This document shows, piece by piece, positions 1-9,831 of a stretch of 64,000 nucleotides of DNA (positions are counted from its first letter, which is position 1; every line of letters starts with the position of its first letter). Source of the DNA: Octopus bimaculoides (taxonomy: Eukaryota). The stretch is taken from the NCBI RefSeq assembly GCF_001194135.2, contig NC_068989.1, positions 11,426,320 to 11,490,319 on the forward strand, read 5' to 3'. The notes under the pieces were generated by a model. That model had not been told where the DNA came from. It searched no databases and saw only the letters and a program-made list of their open reading frames with translations. Both the position numbers and the translations under genes were made by a program.

Positions 1-39
<39 letters not shown>

Positions 40-223
40 TATATATATATACATATATACGACGGGCTTCTTTCAGTTTCCGTCTACCAAATCCACTCAC
101 AAGGCTTTGGTCAGCCCGAGGCTATAGTAGAAGACACTTGCCCAAGATGCTACCCAGTGGAACCGAACCCGGAACCATGTGGTTGGGAAGCCAGTTTCTT
201 ACCACACAACTACGTCTGTGCCT
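1..223 (-). mobile_element. SINE family A, left (tRNA-derived) arm plus internal microsatellite
   Basis: Reverse complement of the A consensus seen at 58262 onward (GGTTCCGGGTTC, CTTGGGCAAGTGTCTTCTACTATAGCCTCGGG, GAAACTGAAAGAAGCCCGTC). Confidence 0.9.
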
Positions 224-790
224 ATATTTCATATAGATTTTTTTTTTTTAATTCTATTATATCTTTCTTAATTCATACATTGTTTTCTCTTTCTTAGAAT
301 GGAAATGATGATCGGGATGATAATAATTATTGTGAAGATGATAATAGTGAGACATATGATGATGGTGAACTAAATGAAAACAAAAAATGTTGTTATTTGA
401 CCTCAGGTCATTCCTGATCAAAGACATTCTATTCATTATAATCATCCTGTCATTTGCTTTGGGACCACATTAAATTATGTCTTCACCACCGTTTTCTCTG
501 CTTTTATATGATGGTAGGGTGCGATTTGAAGATTCGGTTGCTATTTATTTCTAGTAGACTGTGTAACTATAGAGACTGTTTTGTGGATTCATCATTTGAT
601 TTGTATGTGTGTATGTATTTTTATGTATGTGGATGTATATATGCATATATGTGTGTATGTATATATATATATATATCATCATCATCATTTTAATGTCCAT
701 TGTCCATGTGTGTGTGTGTGTATAATATATGTGTGTGTATATGTATGTGTGTATATATATGTGTGTAAATATATTTGTATATATATGCTT

Positions 791-1010
791 GTGCGAGACT
801 GGCTGGACGCCAACCTGCCCTGTCAATGGATTGGCAGGTGAGGACCGCTTGAGTGACCGTCTCGTTCGCCGGATTTGACCCCACCCAACTTTTTCTTGTG
901 GGGCATTCTCAAAGAGAAAGTCTACTTAACAAAGCCCCGCAACATTGCTGAACTTAAGGAACAAACTCAAGCTGCCAGATAACTTTGTGCAGAACCATTT
1001 CTAAACCGCA
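791..1010 (+). pseudogene. Tc1/mariner-superfamily transposase relic (C-terminal catalytic region)
   Basis: Translates VRDWLDANLPCQWIGR*GPLE*PSRSPDLTPPNFFLWGILKEKVYLTKPRNIAELKEQ. This matches the WIGR..WPxRSPDLTPxDFFLWG.LK.KVY signature, with stops at 839-841 and 854-856 and the catalytic Asp changed to Asn. Confidence 0.85.
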
Positions 1011-1479
1011 ATCTTTTGCTCTTTTGTTAATTGGGTGGACATAATCGATATAACAGTATATCTGAAATAGGGGGAAAAGAAGAAATAAAAATATAAGATT
1101 TCAGCTTTCAAATGACATATGAAATAGAAAAATTGAATAAGTATCAACAAAGTTACAAACAAAAGAAAATATATAGTTACTTATGGTNNNNNNNNNNNNN
1201 NNNNNNNNNNNNNNNNNNNNNNNNNNNNNNNNNNNNNNNNNNNNNNNNNNNNNNNNNNNNNNNNNNNNNNNNNNNNNNNNNNNNNNNNNNNNNNNNNNNN
1301 NNNNNNNNNNNNNNNNNNNNNNNNNNNNNNNNNNNNNNNNNNNNNNNNNNNNNNNNNNNNNNNNNNNNNNNNNNNNNNNNNNNNNNNNNNNNNNNNNNNN
1401 NNNNNNNNNNGTTTTCTGTCCGCCACTACATTCCTCCATGGAACAAATTTAATTTGTGTCCGTGGGAAGAGCCATTGTA

Positions 1480-1704
1480 ACGATGCGTTCTGCCCTAACT
1501 CTTTGAAACGCCAGTGTTATAATGGTGGCAGCTGATGAAGGAAATGTTCTCTATGTTGCCTGTGTGTTTTCTGTACCTTGTTTATCATTTTGTCCATGTT
1601 TTATTTTTGCAACGTCATGTACCCAGATATGCATCTATATATACATGTGGATGAAGGTATGTACATACATGTACATATATATGCATATACTCATATATTA
1701 TTTG

Positions 1705-1735
<31 letters not shown>
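1480..1735 (+). repeat. Dispersed repeat family F (other copies about 30302-30445 +, 39485-39630 +, 45410-45510 -, 51730-51815 +)
   Basis: Four copies share GAAA(C/T)G..(CAG/CAA)CTGATGAAGG followed by a variable GTTCT.TAT.TT.C.TGT-like block. The 30302 copy shares only the downstream CCCAGATATGCA.CTAT..CAT.CATATACTCAT block with the 1480 copy. Confidence 0.75.
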
Positions 1736-1736
<1 letters not shown>

Positions 1737-2096
1737 TAAATCTATAAATTTGTAGTCTTTCTATGTCTTATGAAATATCAATGTGATAGACTGGCAATTC
1801 TGCTGCAGACAAAATATTTGCTTTCGTTTTCTTTTGTTCTGAGTTCAAATGACATCAGGGTCATCTGATAAAATAAATATGAACCTTGTAATTAGTATAG
1901 GTGTGAATCAATTTCACCTTTCTCTCACAAATGGATGACTTTTTTTTTTTGTTTTAGTATTATTTACATGAAATTTGTAAAGAGAAAGGGAATAATTACA
2001 TTTCGGTTAAATTTGCATGAAACTTGTTTAATTTTAATTAAAACTAATTGTAAAATTAGTGATTTTTCTCATGTGGAATTGTTTTGTTTATGAGAA

Positions 2097-2125
2097 CTAA
2101 TTGTTTTTTTTTTTTTCTATTTCAG
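2097..2125 (+). other. 3' splice site (branch point, polypyrimidine tract, AG) in front of the zinc-finger coding exon
   Basis: CTAAT at 2097-2101, T-run at 2102-2123, TTTCAG ending at 2125. This implies at least one upstream non-coding exon, not identified in the window. Confidence 0.8.
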
Positions 2126-2129
2126 ATAT

Positions 2130-2219
2130 ATGAATTGTGTGCATCTGGCAGTGCTGTCGTACTGCAGAGCCTGCACTGTGCAACATGGCCGACATCGAGG
2201 AACACAGTCGAGCTACTGA
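2130..2219 (+). other. Out-of-frame upstream ORF (29 aa, MNCVHLAVLSYCRACTVQHGRHRGTQSSY) overlapping the main start codon
   Basis: ATG at 2130 (weak context, T at -3) and TGA at 2217-2219, in a different frame from ATG 2185. Confidence 0.5.
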
Positions 2220-5200
2220 AGACAAAGAATCTGAAACTCAAGTATTATCTGTAGAAGATAACTCGTTGAAGGGAGGACGCAACCGCATTTGTAAGCAGTG
2301 TAAATTTACATGCAAAGACTCTCGAGAGTTCTCGCAGCACCAGTTATCTGCCCACGGTGAATCGGAAGATAGCCATTGCATTCAAAACTCCGTATCCAAC
2401 AACAACAACAACAGCAGCAACAGCAGCAACACCACTGGTAACAATACATATCGAAGAAACAGTGCCAAATCTTGCAGCCCTCAGATTGGGAACTCTAAGC
2501 CTGATTTCTTTATCAACAGTAACAACAACAATAACATTTATAAGATGAGCCGAGAAGAGGACGATGAAAATTCTGACCACATTTACAGGGATACTGAGGA
2601 TGATGAACTAGAAGACCGATTAATAATAGCTGAAGACCAAGATGATTCCTTTTCCCATACTCCAATAAGAAGTGGCAATATTCAAAACCGAACGTATATC
2701 TGCCCTTTTTGTGATTTTTCATCAACTAGTGCAAAAATTTTCTTGCATCACCAGAAAGATATCCATGGAAAAGACTTCACCATTTATGAATGTGATGTGT
2801 GTGATTATGCAACTAAATACAAACAGAAACTTCCTCGTCATCGTAAGCTTCACTTTCCTGGCCTTGAGTTCAATTCTAGCTCAGTAGGTGTGTTGGGGCC
2901 AATAACTTTGACAGGGGAAAACACCCAGGATACCTCTGACATTATCATAACATCTGAAGTGGATATCAGAAAAAGAGATGAAGAAATGGAAGATGAATTA
3001 GATGATGAAGATATGGAAATAGTTATGGAAGAGGGAAATGGGATTGACGACTCCCAGAAACAGAAAACAAAGCGCACACGTCAAGAAGTTGACCCTGCAA
3101 AGTATATTGAGGTTATGGATGATGTTGGTATTAAGTATTCTTGTTCAAAGTGCGGAAATATTTATAAATGGCGCAAGTCTCTAAACAAACATTGGAAAGA
3201 AAAGCATGCTGATGAGAAACTAGATGGTATTAAGCAAATTTCATCTCCTCACAATCCAGTGAAACTGGGAAATACAAAAATTACTCATGAAATGAATCGG
3301 AAGGACTCGTGTGAAAAGCTCATTTACAAAAAGGAAGGCCAATCAAACGGTTACGCTGATGATGGTAGAGTGTGTCATGAAATATCAGGAGTCAGTGATT
3401 GTGTTATGCCTAAGATGATTGGACCATTTGTCACTAACTCTTACATATCCGTCTACTCAACACAAAATGGTCAATCTTCCGGTCAAGCAAATTCAGACCA
3501 AGGAGTACTTGATTTATCGAGGAAGACACCGACATCTCTATCAACCAACACACAGCGAGAACCAATTGACTTCTCGTTTAAAAAGGAACCTTATCCTTCA
3601 GCTAATGTCTCAGGAGTCATGTCTATAAAAGCTGAACCGATTTGGGATAATGAACAGGACATGACTGAGGGTGGGGATGATCAAAAACAAACATCTCCAG
3701 TTTTACAGTGTCCAAGGTGTTCGTTTGTTGCAAAAACTTTTATCGATTACAGTTCCCACATGGCAGTTCATCTAAATAAAAGGGCATTTAAATGTGCAGA
3801 ATGTCAGCAGCATTTCAATTGTGTAGAGGAACTAAACAAGCATTTCGCTGAGGTCCATGTTAAAAAGATTCACGAACATAGAGACGTAATCCAGAAAATT
3901 CCACATGGACTTCAACAAACTTACCATTTACTACGCATGCCATTGTCTTCGAATGAGTTTAATTGTACTGAACAGCGTCAGTTGAAGTGCAGCCGTTGTG
4001 ATTTTGTAGCAAAGTGGCCGGCTGAATTGCAAAAACATGCTGTCTCTCATTCTGAAGAACGTCCGTTTATATGTATGGTGTGTGGTTCGACTTACAAATG
4101 GAAGTGGGATTTAGTGAAGCATTTTGAGAAAAGTCATTCGACTCTAACTAACCCCTATAAACGTAGAGCAACAATTTTAGGATCTAATATTTCCGAGCCG
4201 ACTATTTCTAGAACAGCCGATGCACTTGTAGATAGCCGAAGCCTTGACTCGATAATTTTGCCTCCCAAGAAGAAACGTAGGTTGTCTGAAACTGACTTGA
4301 CAGCAATTCACTCGAAATATTTAGATTTGGAAATGAGAAGCGACAATTTTCGTTTTCCCAGATTTTCACATAGCAACAGATCTTCTCCCCTATTCTTTCG
4401 TGAAAGGTCATCCTCTGTTCCACCTTATTTGAATAACTTTCCCGAAAGGATTCGCTACAACGAAAGAGACTCTGATGATAACAGTATGCCTGGTCTTCAG
4501 ATCACCAATGTCTATTCTTTAGTGAAAGACAAAACATCCAGCTCTCAGCCTGACTCTTTGGAAAGTTCATCATTATATACTTCTAGTATCCAGCCAACCA
4601 TTGAACGCCTGACAGGCTGTTCGGATCAATTTTCATCTTTTGAAGAGCAACACAAAGCTGTCAATGCTGCTCTAAGACAACGTATCAGTATGTCTTCAAA
4701 TCGCAATAAGCGCCTGTCTTCGGTAAATCCCAATGAGAAAGACAGATCCTGTGCTGATATTCTTTTGCCGTACAAGTGTACATTGTGCCAGTATCGTGCA
4801 CGTTGGCCATCAGAAATAACTCAACACATGAAGAACCATTCAGACGAGAAACCGTTCTGTTGTCCCGAATGCAGCTATAAAAGCAAGTGGAAATGGGATG
4901 TCGTGAAACACATGAAACGATGTGGCGGAGGAACGGTGAAGGATGTCATCGACAACAGCAAGATGAAGTTCGGACCACCCAATGTTGTGGTTACATTAAG
5001 AGAAGAACCAAATGATAACGAGAAAATGACAAAAGCACCAAGTAATCTTTTGATTAATGGAGATGCTAACCAGTTTTCTTTCAAGCCTATTATTCCTGGT
5101 AAAATACCTCCTGTGATTATTGATATATCAGATAAAGTGTCGACTGATGTTGTTGACCCACCAGCTAAACCACCCTCAGTTTTAGACTTAAGAAAGGAAT

Positions 5201-8200
5201 CAGTTTCCAAACCAAATCCATATTTCCGTGACTTAATAAATAATGGTTTATATCATTGCTTAGAATGTCAGTTTGTTGGTCATAGTCCTGCTGAGCTGAA
5301 ACGACATGCATACCTACATTCTGAAGACAAGCCATATGTTTGTGAAGTTTGTACATATAGCTCTCGTTGGAAATGTGACCTTAAAAAACACATCCGTACA
5401 TATAACCATTATGGTTCTGGCAATGGTTCCCAAATCGATAATATACGGAAGCATTCAAGTCCTGACGTATTCGGAGATGTATCAGTATCAGAGGAACCCA
5501 AAGTTTACAAGTGCAATCACTGCTTTTTTGAATCCGATTCTAAACTAGCACTAGATCAGCATACAGAGACCCACGAGAAAGAAACCGTGAAACACCGTTG
5601 TTCAAAATGCAACTTCGTTTCAGACGATTCCTTTATTTTCTCCCAGCATCAATTAACTCACGAGAACACCAGTACTTCATCGGATCCGGCTGCACAACCT
5701 CCAGTAGCAAACACTGCAAAGGTTTCATCTCGGACTCGTCACCTCAAGAACTGCCGTAGACCCATCAAACAATACCACTGTAGTAAATGCCCGTATGTAT
5801 GCTTAGATGACATGGATTTGGTTGTACACAAAGAAGGACACAAACCTCAAGGTTCCAATGCATTCCAATGCTTCTTCTGTGATTTCAGTGTCCATCAGAA
5901 AATACAGTTAATCAACCATCTTTATCTTCATCCAGAGTTTGAAACATCAGATAAATCCAAGTTGAATGAAATTCTTCACTATTCCCAACTTTTAGATGTC
6001 TGGCAATCTAATAAAGATAACGAAGATATGGACTTGACTTGTGACGATTCTTTGGAATATTATTCTAACTCTGGCAATTATGACTTCAACAGAGGGAAGA
6101 AACTGGATGCGAATGACTACAAGAGGGAAGAGACAGAAATGGAAGAGAAAGAAAATAGGTTCATAAATGGAATGTCTCCAATGCATGACATGTCTTTGAA
6201 ACGTCTACAGTGTGAATGGTGTGAGGCGGCGTTTGCTCACATCAGTACTCTTTACCAACATGCCCGATCTGTACATCCAATTTTGCTTCAACAACAAGAG
6301 TACGAAAACAACATAAAGTACGATGATCTACCTCCCCCACCACCGCCTCCCAACTATAATGGTGTTGCAGTGAGTCAGAATTCAGCATTTAACCCGATTC
6401 TACCTAAAGTTACTCAGACTCCTAAAAAGGTCTTACCTACCCAGCTTACTAAGCCCCAAAAGAATCTGAGCCCTGGAAAGACTGGTGGTCCTTTTAAATG
6501 TCAGAAATGTCCTTTCATTGGTGCCAGTTCAAATACGTATTCTCGCCACATGGAAAGGCACGGCAGCAACTGTAAGCACACCTGTTTGTACTGTGATTAC
6601 AGTATTGACAGACTTAATCTGCTACATCAACACATGCGTGGCAGTCATGGACATGATGTGAAACAGTCACCGTTGAACAGCTCTGCATCAGATAAAACTT
6701 CACCCAATGGACCTCATAAACAAGAAATGGGAAGTAGAGTGATACTGTCGACACCAACCTACATTCAGAAAAGTGATGGAAGCAGCAGCGAATCTCATTT
6801 AAGACCCATAGCTCCCAAACCTGTGGAAGGCTCACATCCTGAGATTTCGCCATCTTTACCTATTCTTGAAAATGGACCAAATGGAAAGTATATGTATAGA
6901 TGCCCAAATTGTTCTTTTTGCAGCCCCAAAGTTGCTAACACCTCAGCACATATTCGTACTCACTATATCAGCCATAATTTCGCAGATACTAAGAAATACG
7001 GAGAGAAAGTACCCGAGTTAAGCTACACCCCTTACCTCTCTGATACAACAAATAAGAAATTCAATAATAAATTAAATAACCCAATGAATGCAAGACCATT
7101 AAATTGTGATTGCAGTGACATGTCAAATCTGTCAAAGACTCACCAACCTGCGAAGATTCCTCCAAAGAATATGCTGCTCTGTCTACAATGTCCATTTAAG
7201 ACGACCACTAAAGAATCTTTGCAAGAACACCAAGAATTTCATGGTTATAAAGGTCAGTATCGCTGTAGTGAGTGTAATTTTAGTGTTGATCATGTCAACC
7301 TTTTCTGTGACCATTCTGCTTTACACTCTGCCAGCAACTACAACAGCAACCAGAATCCCAGTAATAATGATAACAACAACAACATTAACAGCATCGGTAA
7401 CAACAACAACAACAATAATAATATCAGCAGTATGAATACTTCCCAAATAAATTACAGGTCTAACGAAGGAGCTAATAACAAAACTAATTCACAAAAGATG
7501 GGTGGAGACCACTTTCATCCTAAATACGACAACAATGAACGGCGTGGTAAGTTGAACCTACAACAAATGTTAAAGCAAGTGAAAATGGCTGGCAGAGTGC
7601 GGTACAAGTGTTCGCGTTGTCCATATCGAACATGCTGCAAGAATAATATCATAAAACATCGTAAACAGCACATAGTGAACAGTCGTTACAAGTGCCAATA
7701 CTGTAACTATAGCGCTGCACGCAAGTACTTGTTACAGCAGCATCTAAAATTTCATCGTGATGAAGCCAGCGAACAAGAAAAAGAATTCCAAGATGTCGTA
7801 CTCGATCCTTACGATGAGAATTCTGTGAAAACTCTCAAGGAATCATCTGATTATAACAAAGACTTGTTGACCCCAAAATCTTTTGATAATTTTAATAGAA
7901 GAAGGAAACCAAGCTCAGGTGAAAGTACTTCCGTCCCAGTGTCTCTAATGATCAGAGCCAATACTGAACGAGATGGTGATGAACAAAGTGATATGCTTGA
8001 AGATGAAGAAAAACATTTGTCTGATGATCAAAACTATGAAAGCAAAAGGCGAAACTTTCATTGCAGTCTTTGTCCGTTTAGTTGTAACACTGCAGTTGTA
8101 TTTCAAAGACATTCCCAGTTCCACAATTCCAGCCTAAAGTACAAATGTGATTTTTGTAATTACAGTGTTGATCGGTTTAACCTGTTGACTCAACATTCCC

Positions 8201-9831
8201 GTCTTCATTCACAACAAACGAATTATCCACCGTCGGCTTCTCCTGAAGATATGCCAGTCATGGATTTCTCATCACCTTCCTCCTCTTTCTCATCACATAA
8301 TGCCTACATGAACCAAAAATCTTCAAAAGATAACACTGACAGGAATATAAACCTGTCTTTATTGGATGAGCAAGCAATGGGCAGTGAAAAGTTCCAAATG
8401 CTTGAGATGGGTTCTGAAGGTAACGAGGAAGCAATGCGTTACCACTGCAAACTTTGTCCTTATATGTCTAATTCTTTAAAAAGTTATAACGTCCATTCAA
8501 GCATGCATGGCTGTGAAGGCAAATACAAATGTGATTACTGTGATTGGAGTGCTAACCGTTTAAATCTACTTAATCAACACCGCAAGGTTCATTCTAGGGA
8601 GCCAAATTTCGACCCCAATCCAGATGAACTGACATTCCTTAACAGAGAAGCTCTTTTGCAATCTACAACTGATGCGAGAAGTTGTAACAAGCTAAAAAAT
8701 GTCGATGCACGACATCTTATCAATCCCAAAACTAAGAAGTGTTACTCGTGCAAAATATGTCCATTTTCCTGCAATAATAAAAGCTCTTTTTTTCTTCATC
8801 TCGGTTTACATCGCAACCCAGCTCGCTATAAGTGTAGTCAGTGTTCTTATAGCGTCAGTCGGTGGAATCTGTTGCAACAGCATGAAAGAACTCATTTATC
8901 TGAAAACGAAGGGTGCAATTCTGTTGATGCTAATGGTGTTCAGATGAATACAAAAACCAATCAGGGAACTCTCAAAGCTAGGTTGCGCTGTCCTAAGTGC
9001 CCTTATCATTGTTATGCTCAGCATTTGTTGGAGACTCACATGAAAATGCATGAACCTGGCGAACGGTGTGTGTGCAACTACTGTGACTATAGCACTGAAA
9101 ACTGGGAGGCATTACAGAAACATATGGAAATTCATAATGGAATCACCAATCTGTTGTGTTCTACTTCCAAGTTAGATTCCTCTACACTGGAACAAGCAGC
9201 TGGAGATGAGGAGTGTGACAACGAAAACTCTTTAAGAAGAAAGTACAGTAGCGAGAACGAGTGTGAGGATGGATATCGCTGTGACCAATGCCCTTTCACC
9301 ACACCATCCCTGGATATATTGCAACAACATGAGTCTCAACATGAAGACATTGACGACTCGACTTCCTGCAGTTACTGCCAGTTTACCTGCAGAAAAGAAT
9401 CTGAAATGGAGAAACATATGACAACACATCATTACGACCAGACATATAATGAAGAAGAAGAAGAAAAAGAAGAAGGAAATAGGCTTGGGAGGACAGAAAA
9501 CAAATCAGAAGAACATGCAGCTGAATTAGGTTGTCGAGTTTCTGAAACTAGCCAAAATAATGATGATTGTGTAAACACTAAGTTAGAAAGTAGGAGTAGT
9601 CCGACTGAAAACGAACTGAAAATTAACGAGACAGGTGAAGGTTCACCTGTTGAAGAAGAAGAAGAAGAAGACAGCAACAATCTAATTGATGATAGTCCAA
9701 CATCTGCAAAATCAAAATTAGGTTCAACTTCTTTTGAATGTCAGTATTGTGACCGTGGATTTGATGATGAAACCTCCATGCAGGAACACGAAAAGCATCA
9801 TTATAAAGCTTATGACTCCATCCAGCAATAA
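2185..9831 (+). CDS. Giant multi-C2H2 zinc-finger protein (2548 aa, ~35 dispersed fingers, mostly in pairs), probable transcriptional regulator; CDS within one exon
   Basis: Open frame 2137-9831. First ATG is at 2185 in strong context (caacATGG), with an in-frame TGA at 2131-2133 upstream. I counted about 35 CX2C-X12-HX3-5H motifs (one is C2HC, ending KHMKRC), plus poly-Asn tracts, acidic stretches and a basic NLS-like PPKKKRR. No orthologue is recognisable with certainty. Confidence 0.95.
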   Translation: MADIEEHSRATEDKESETQVLSVEDNSLKGGRNRICKQCKFTCKDSREFSQHQLSAHGESEDSHCIQNSVSNNNNNSSNSSNTTGNNTYRRNSAKSCSPQIGNSKPDFFINSNNNNNIYKMSREEDDENSDHIYRDTEDDELEDRLIIAEDQDDSFSHTPIRSGNIQNRTYICPFCDFSSTSAKIFLHHQKDIHGKDFTIYECDVCDYATKYKQKLPRHRKLHFPGLEFNSSSVGVLGPITLTGENTQDTSDIIITSEVDIRKRDEEMEDELDDEDMEIVMEEGNGIDDSQKQKTKRTRQEVDPAKYIEVMDDVGIKYSCSKCGNIYKWRKSLNKHWKEKHADEKLDGIKQISSPHNPVKLGNTKITHEMNRKDSCEKLIYKKEGQSNGYADDGRVCHEISGVSDCVMPKMIGPFVTNSYISVYSTQNGQSSGQANSDQGVLDLSRKTPTSLSTNTQREPIDFSFKKEPYPSANVSGVMSIKAEPIWDNEQDMTEGGDDQKQTSPVLQCPRCSFVAKTFIDYSSHMAVHLNKRAFKCAECQQHFNCVEELNKHFAEVHVKKIHEHRDVIQKIPHGLQQTYHLLRMPLSSNEFNCTEQRQLKCSRCDFVAKWPAELQKHAVSHSEERPFICMVCGSTYKWKWDLVKHFEKSHSTLTNPYKRRATILGSNISEPTISRTADALVDSRSLDSIILPPKKKRRLSETDLTAIHSKYLDLEMRSDNFRFPRFSHSNRSSPLFFRERSSSVPPYLNNFPERIRYNERDSDDNSMPGLQITNVYSLVKDKTSSSQPDSLESSSLYTSSIQPTIERLTGCSDQFSSFEEQHKAVNAALRQRISMSSNRNKRLSSVNPNEKDRSCADILLPYKCTLCQYRARWPSEITQHMKNHSDEKPFCCPECSYKSKWKWDVVKHMKRCGGGTVKDVIDNSKMKFGPPNVVVTLREEPNDNEKMTKAPSNLLINGDANQFSFKPIIPGKIPPVIIDISDKVSTDVVDPPAKPPSVLDLRKESVSKPNPYFRDLINNGLYHCLECQFVGHSPAELKRHAYLHSEDKPYVCEVCTYSSRWKCDLKKHIRTYNHYGSGNGSQIDNIRKHSSPDVFGDVSVSEEPKVYKCNHCFFESDSKLALDQHTETHEKETVKHRCSKCNFVSDDSFIFSQHQLTHENTSTSSDPAAQPPVANTAKVSSRTRHLKNCRRPIKQYHCSKCPYVCLDDMDLVVHKEGHKPQGSNAFQCFFCDFSVHQKIQLINHLYLHPEFETSDKSKLNEILHYSQLLDVWQSNKDNEDMDLTCDDSLEYYSNSGNYDFNRGKKLDANDYKREETEMEEKENRFINGMSPMHDMSLKRLQCEWCEAAFAHISTLYQHARSVHPILLQQQEYENNIKYDDLPPPPPPPNYNGVAVSQNSAFNPILPKVTQTPKKVLPTQLTKPQKNLSPGKTGGPFKCQKCPFIGASSNTYSRHMERHGSNCKHTCLYCDYSIDRLNLLHQHMRGSHGHDVKQSPLNSSASDKTSPNGPHKQEMGSRVILSTPTYIQKSDGSSSESHLRPIAPKPVEGSHPEISPSLPILENGPNGKYMYRCPNCSFCSPKVANTSAHIRTHYISHNFADTKKYGEKVPELSYTPYLSDTTNKKFNNKLNNPMNARPLNCDCSDMSNLSKTHQPAKIPPKNMLLCLQCPFKTTTKESLQEHQEFHGYKGQYRCSECNFSVDHVNLFCDHSALHSASNYNSNQNPSNNDNNNNINSIGNNNNNNNNISSMNTSQINYRSNEGANNKTNSQKMGGDHFHPKYDNNERRGKLNLQQMLKQVKMAGRVRYKCSRCPYRTCCKNNIIKHRKQHIVNSRYKCQYCNYSAARKYLLQQHLKFHRDEASEQEKEFQDVVLDPYDENSVKTLKESSDYNKDLLTPKSFDNFNRRRKPSSGESTSVPVSLMIRANTERDGDEQSDMLEDEEKHLSDDQNYESKRRNFHCSLCPFSCNTAVVFQRHSQFHNSSLKYKCDFCNYSVDRFNLLTQHSRLHSQQTNYPPSASPEDMPVMDFSSPSSSFSSHNAYMNQKSSKDNTDRNINLSLLDEQAMGSEKFQMLEMGSEGNEEAMRYHCKLCPYMSNSLKSYNVHSSMHGCEGKYKCDYCDWSANRLNLLNQHRKVHSREPNFDPNPDELTFLNREALLQSTTDARSCNKLKNVDARHLINPKTKKCYSCKICPFSCNNKSSFFLHLGLHRNPARYKCSQCSYSVSRWNLLQQHERTHLSENEGCNSVDANGVQMNTKTNQGTLKARLRCPKCPYHCYAQHLLETHMKMHEPGERCVCNYCDYSTENWEALQKHMEIHNGITNLLCSTSKLDSSTLEQAAGDEECDNENSLRRKYSSENECEDGYRCDQCPFTTPSLDILQQHESQHEDIDDSTSCSYCQFTCRKESEMEKHMTTHHYDQTYNEEEEEKEEGNRLGRTENKSEEHAAELGCRVSETSQNNDDCVNTKLESRSSPTENELKINETGEGSPVEEEEEEDSNNLIDDSPTSAKSKLGSTSFECQYCDRGFDDETSMQEHEKHHYKAYDSIQQ

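Noticed and set aside
2137-2184. N-terminal extension from GTG at 2137 given by the ORF track
   Set aside because: Non-AUG start; the first ATG in strong context is at 2185.
2344-9680. Short alternative-frame and antisense ORFs inside the zinc-finger CDS
   Set aside because: Expected by-products of a long coding frame; no recognisable motifs.
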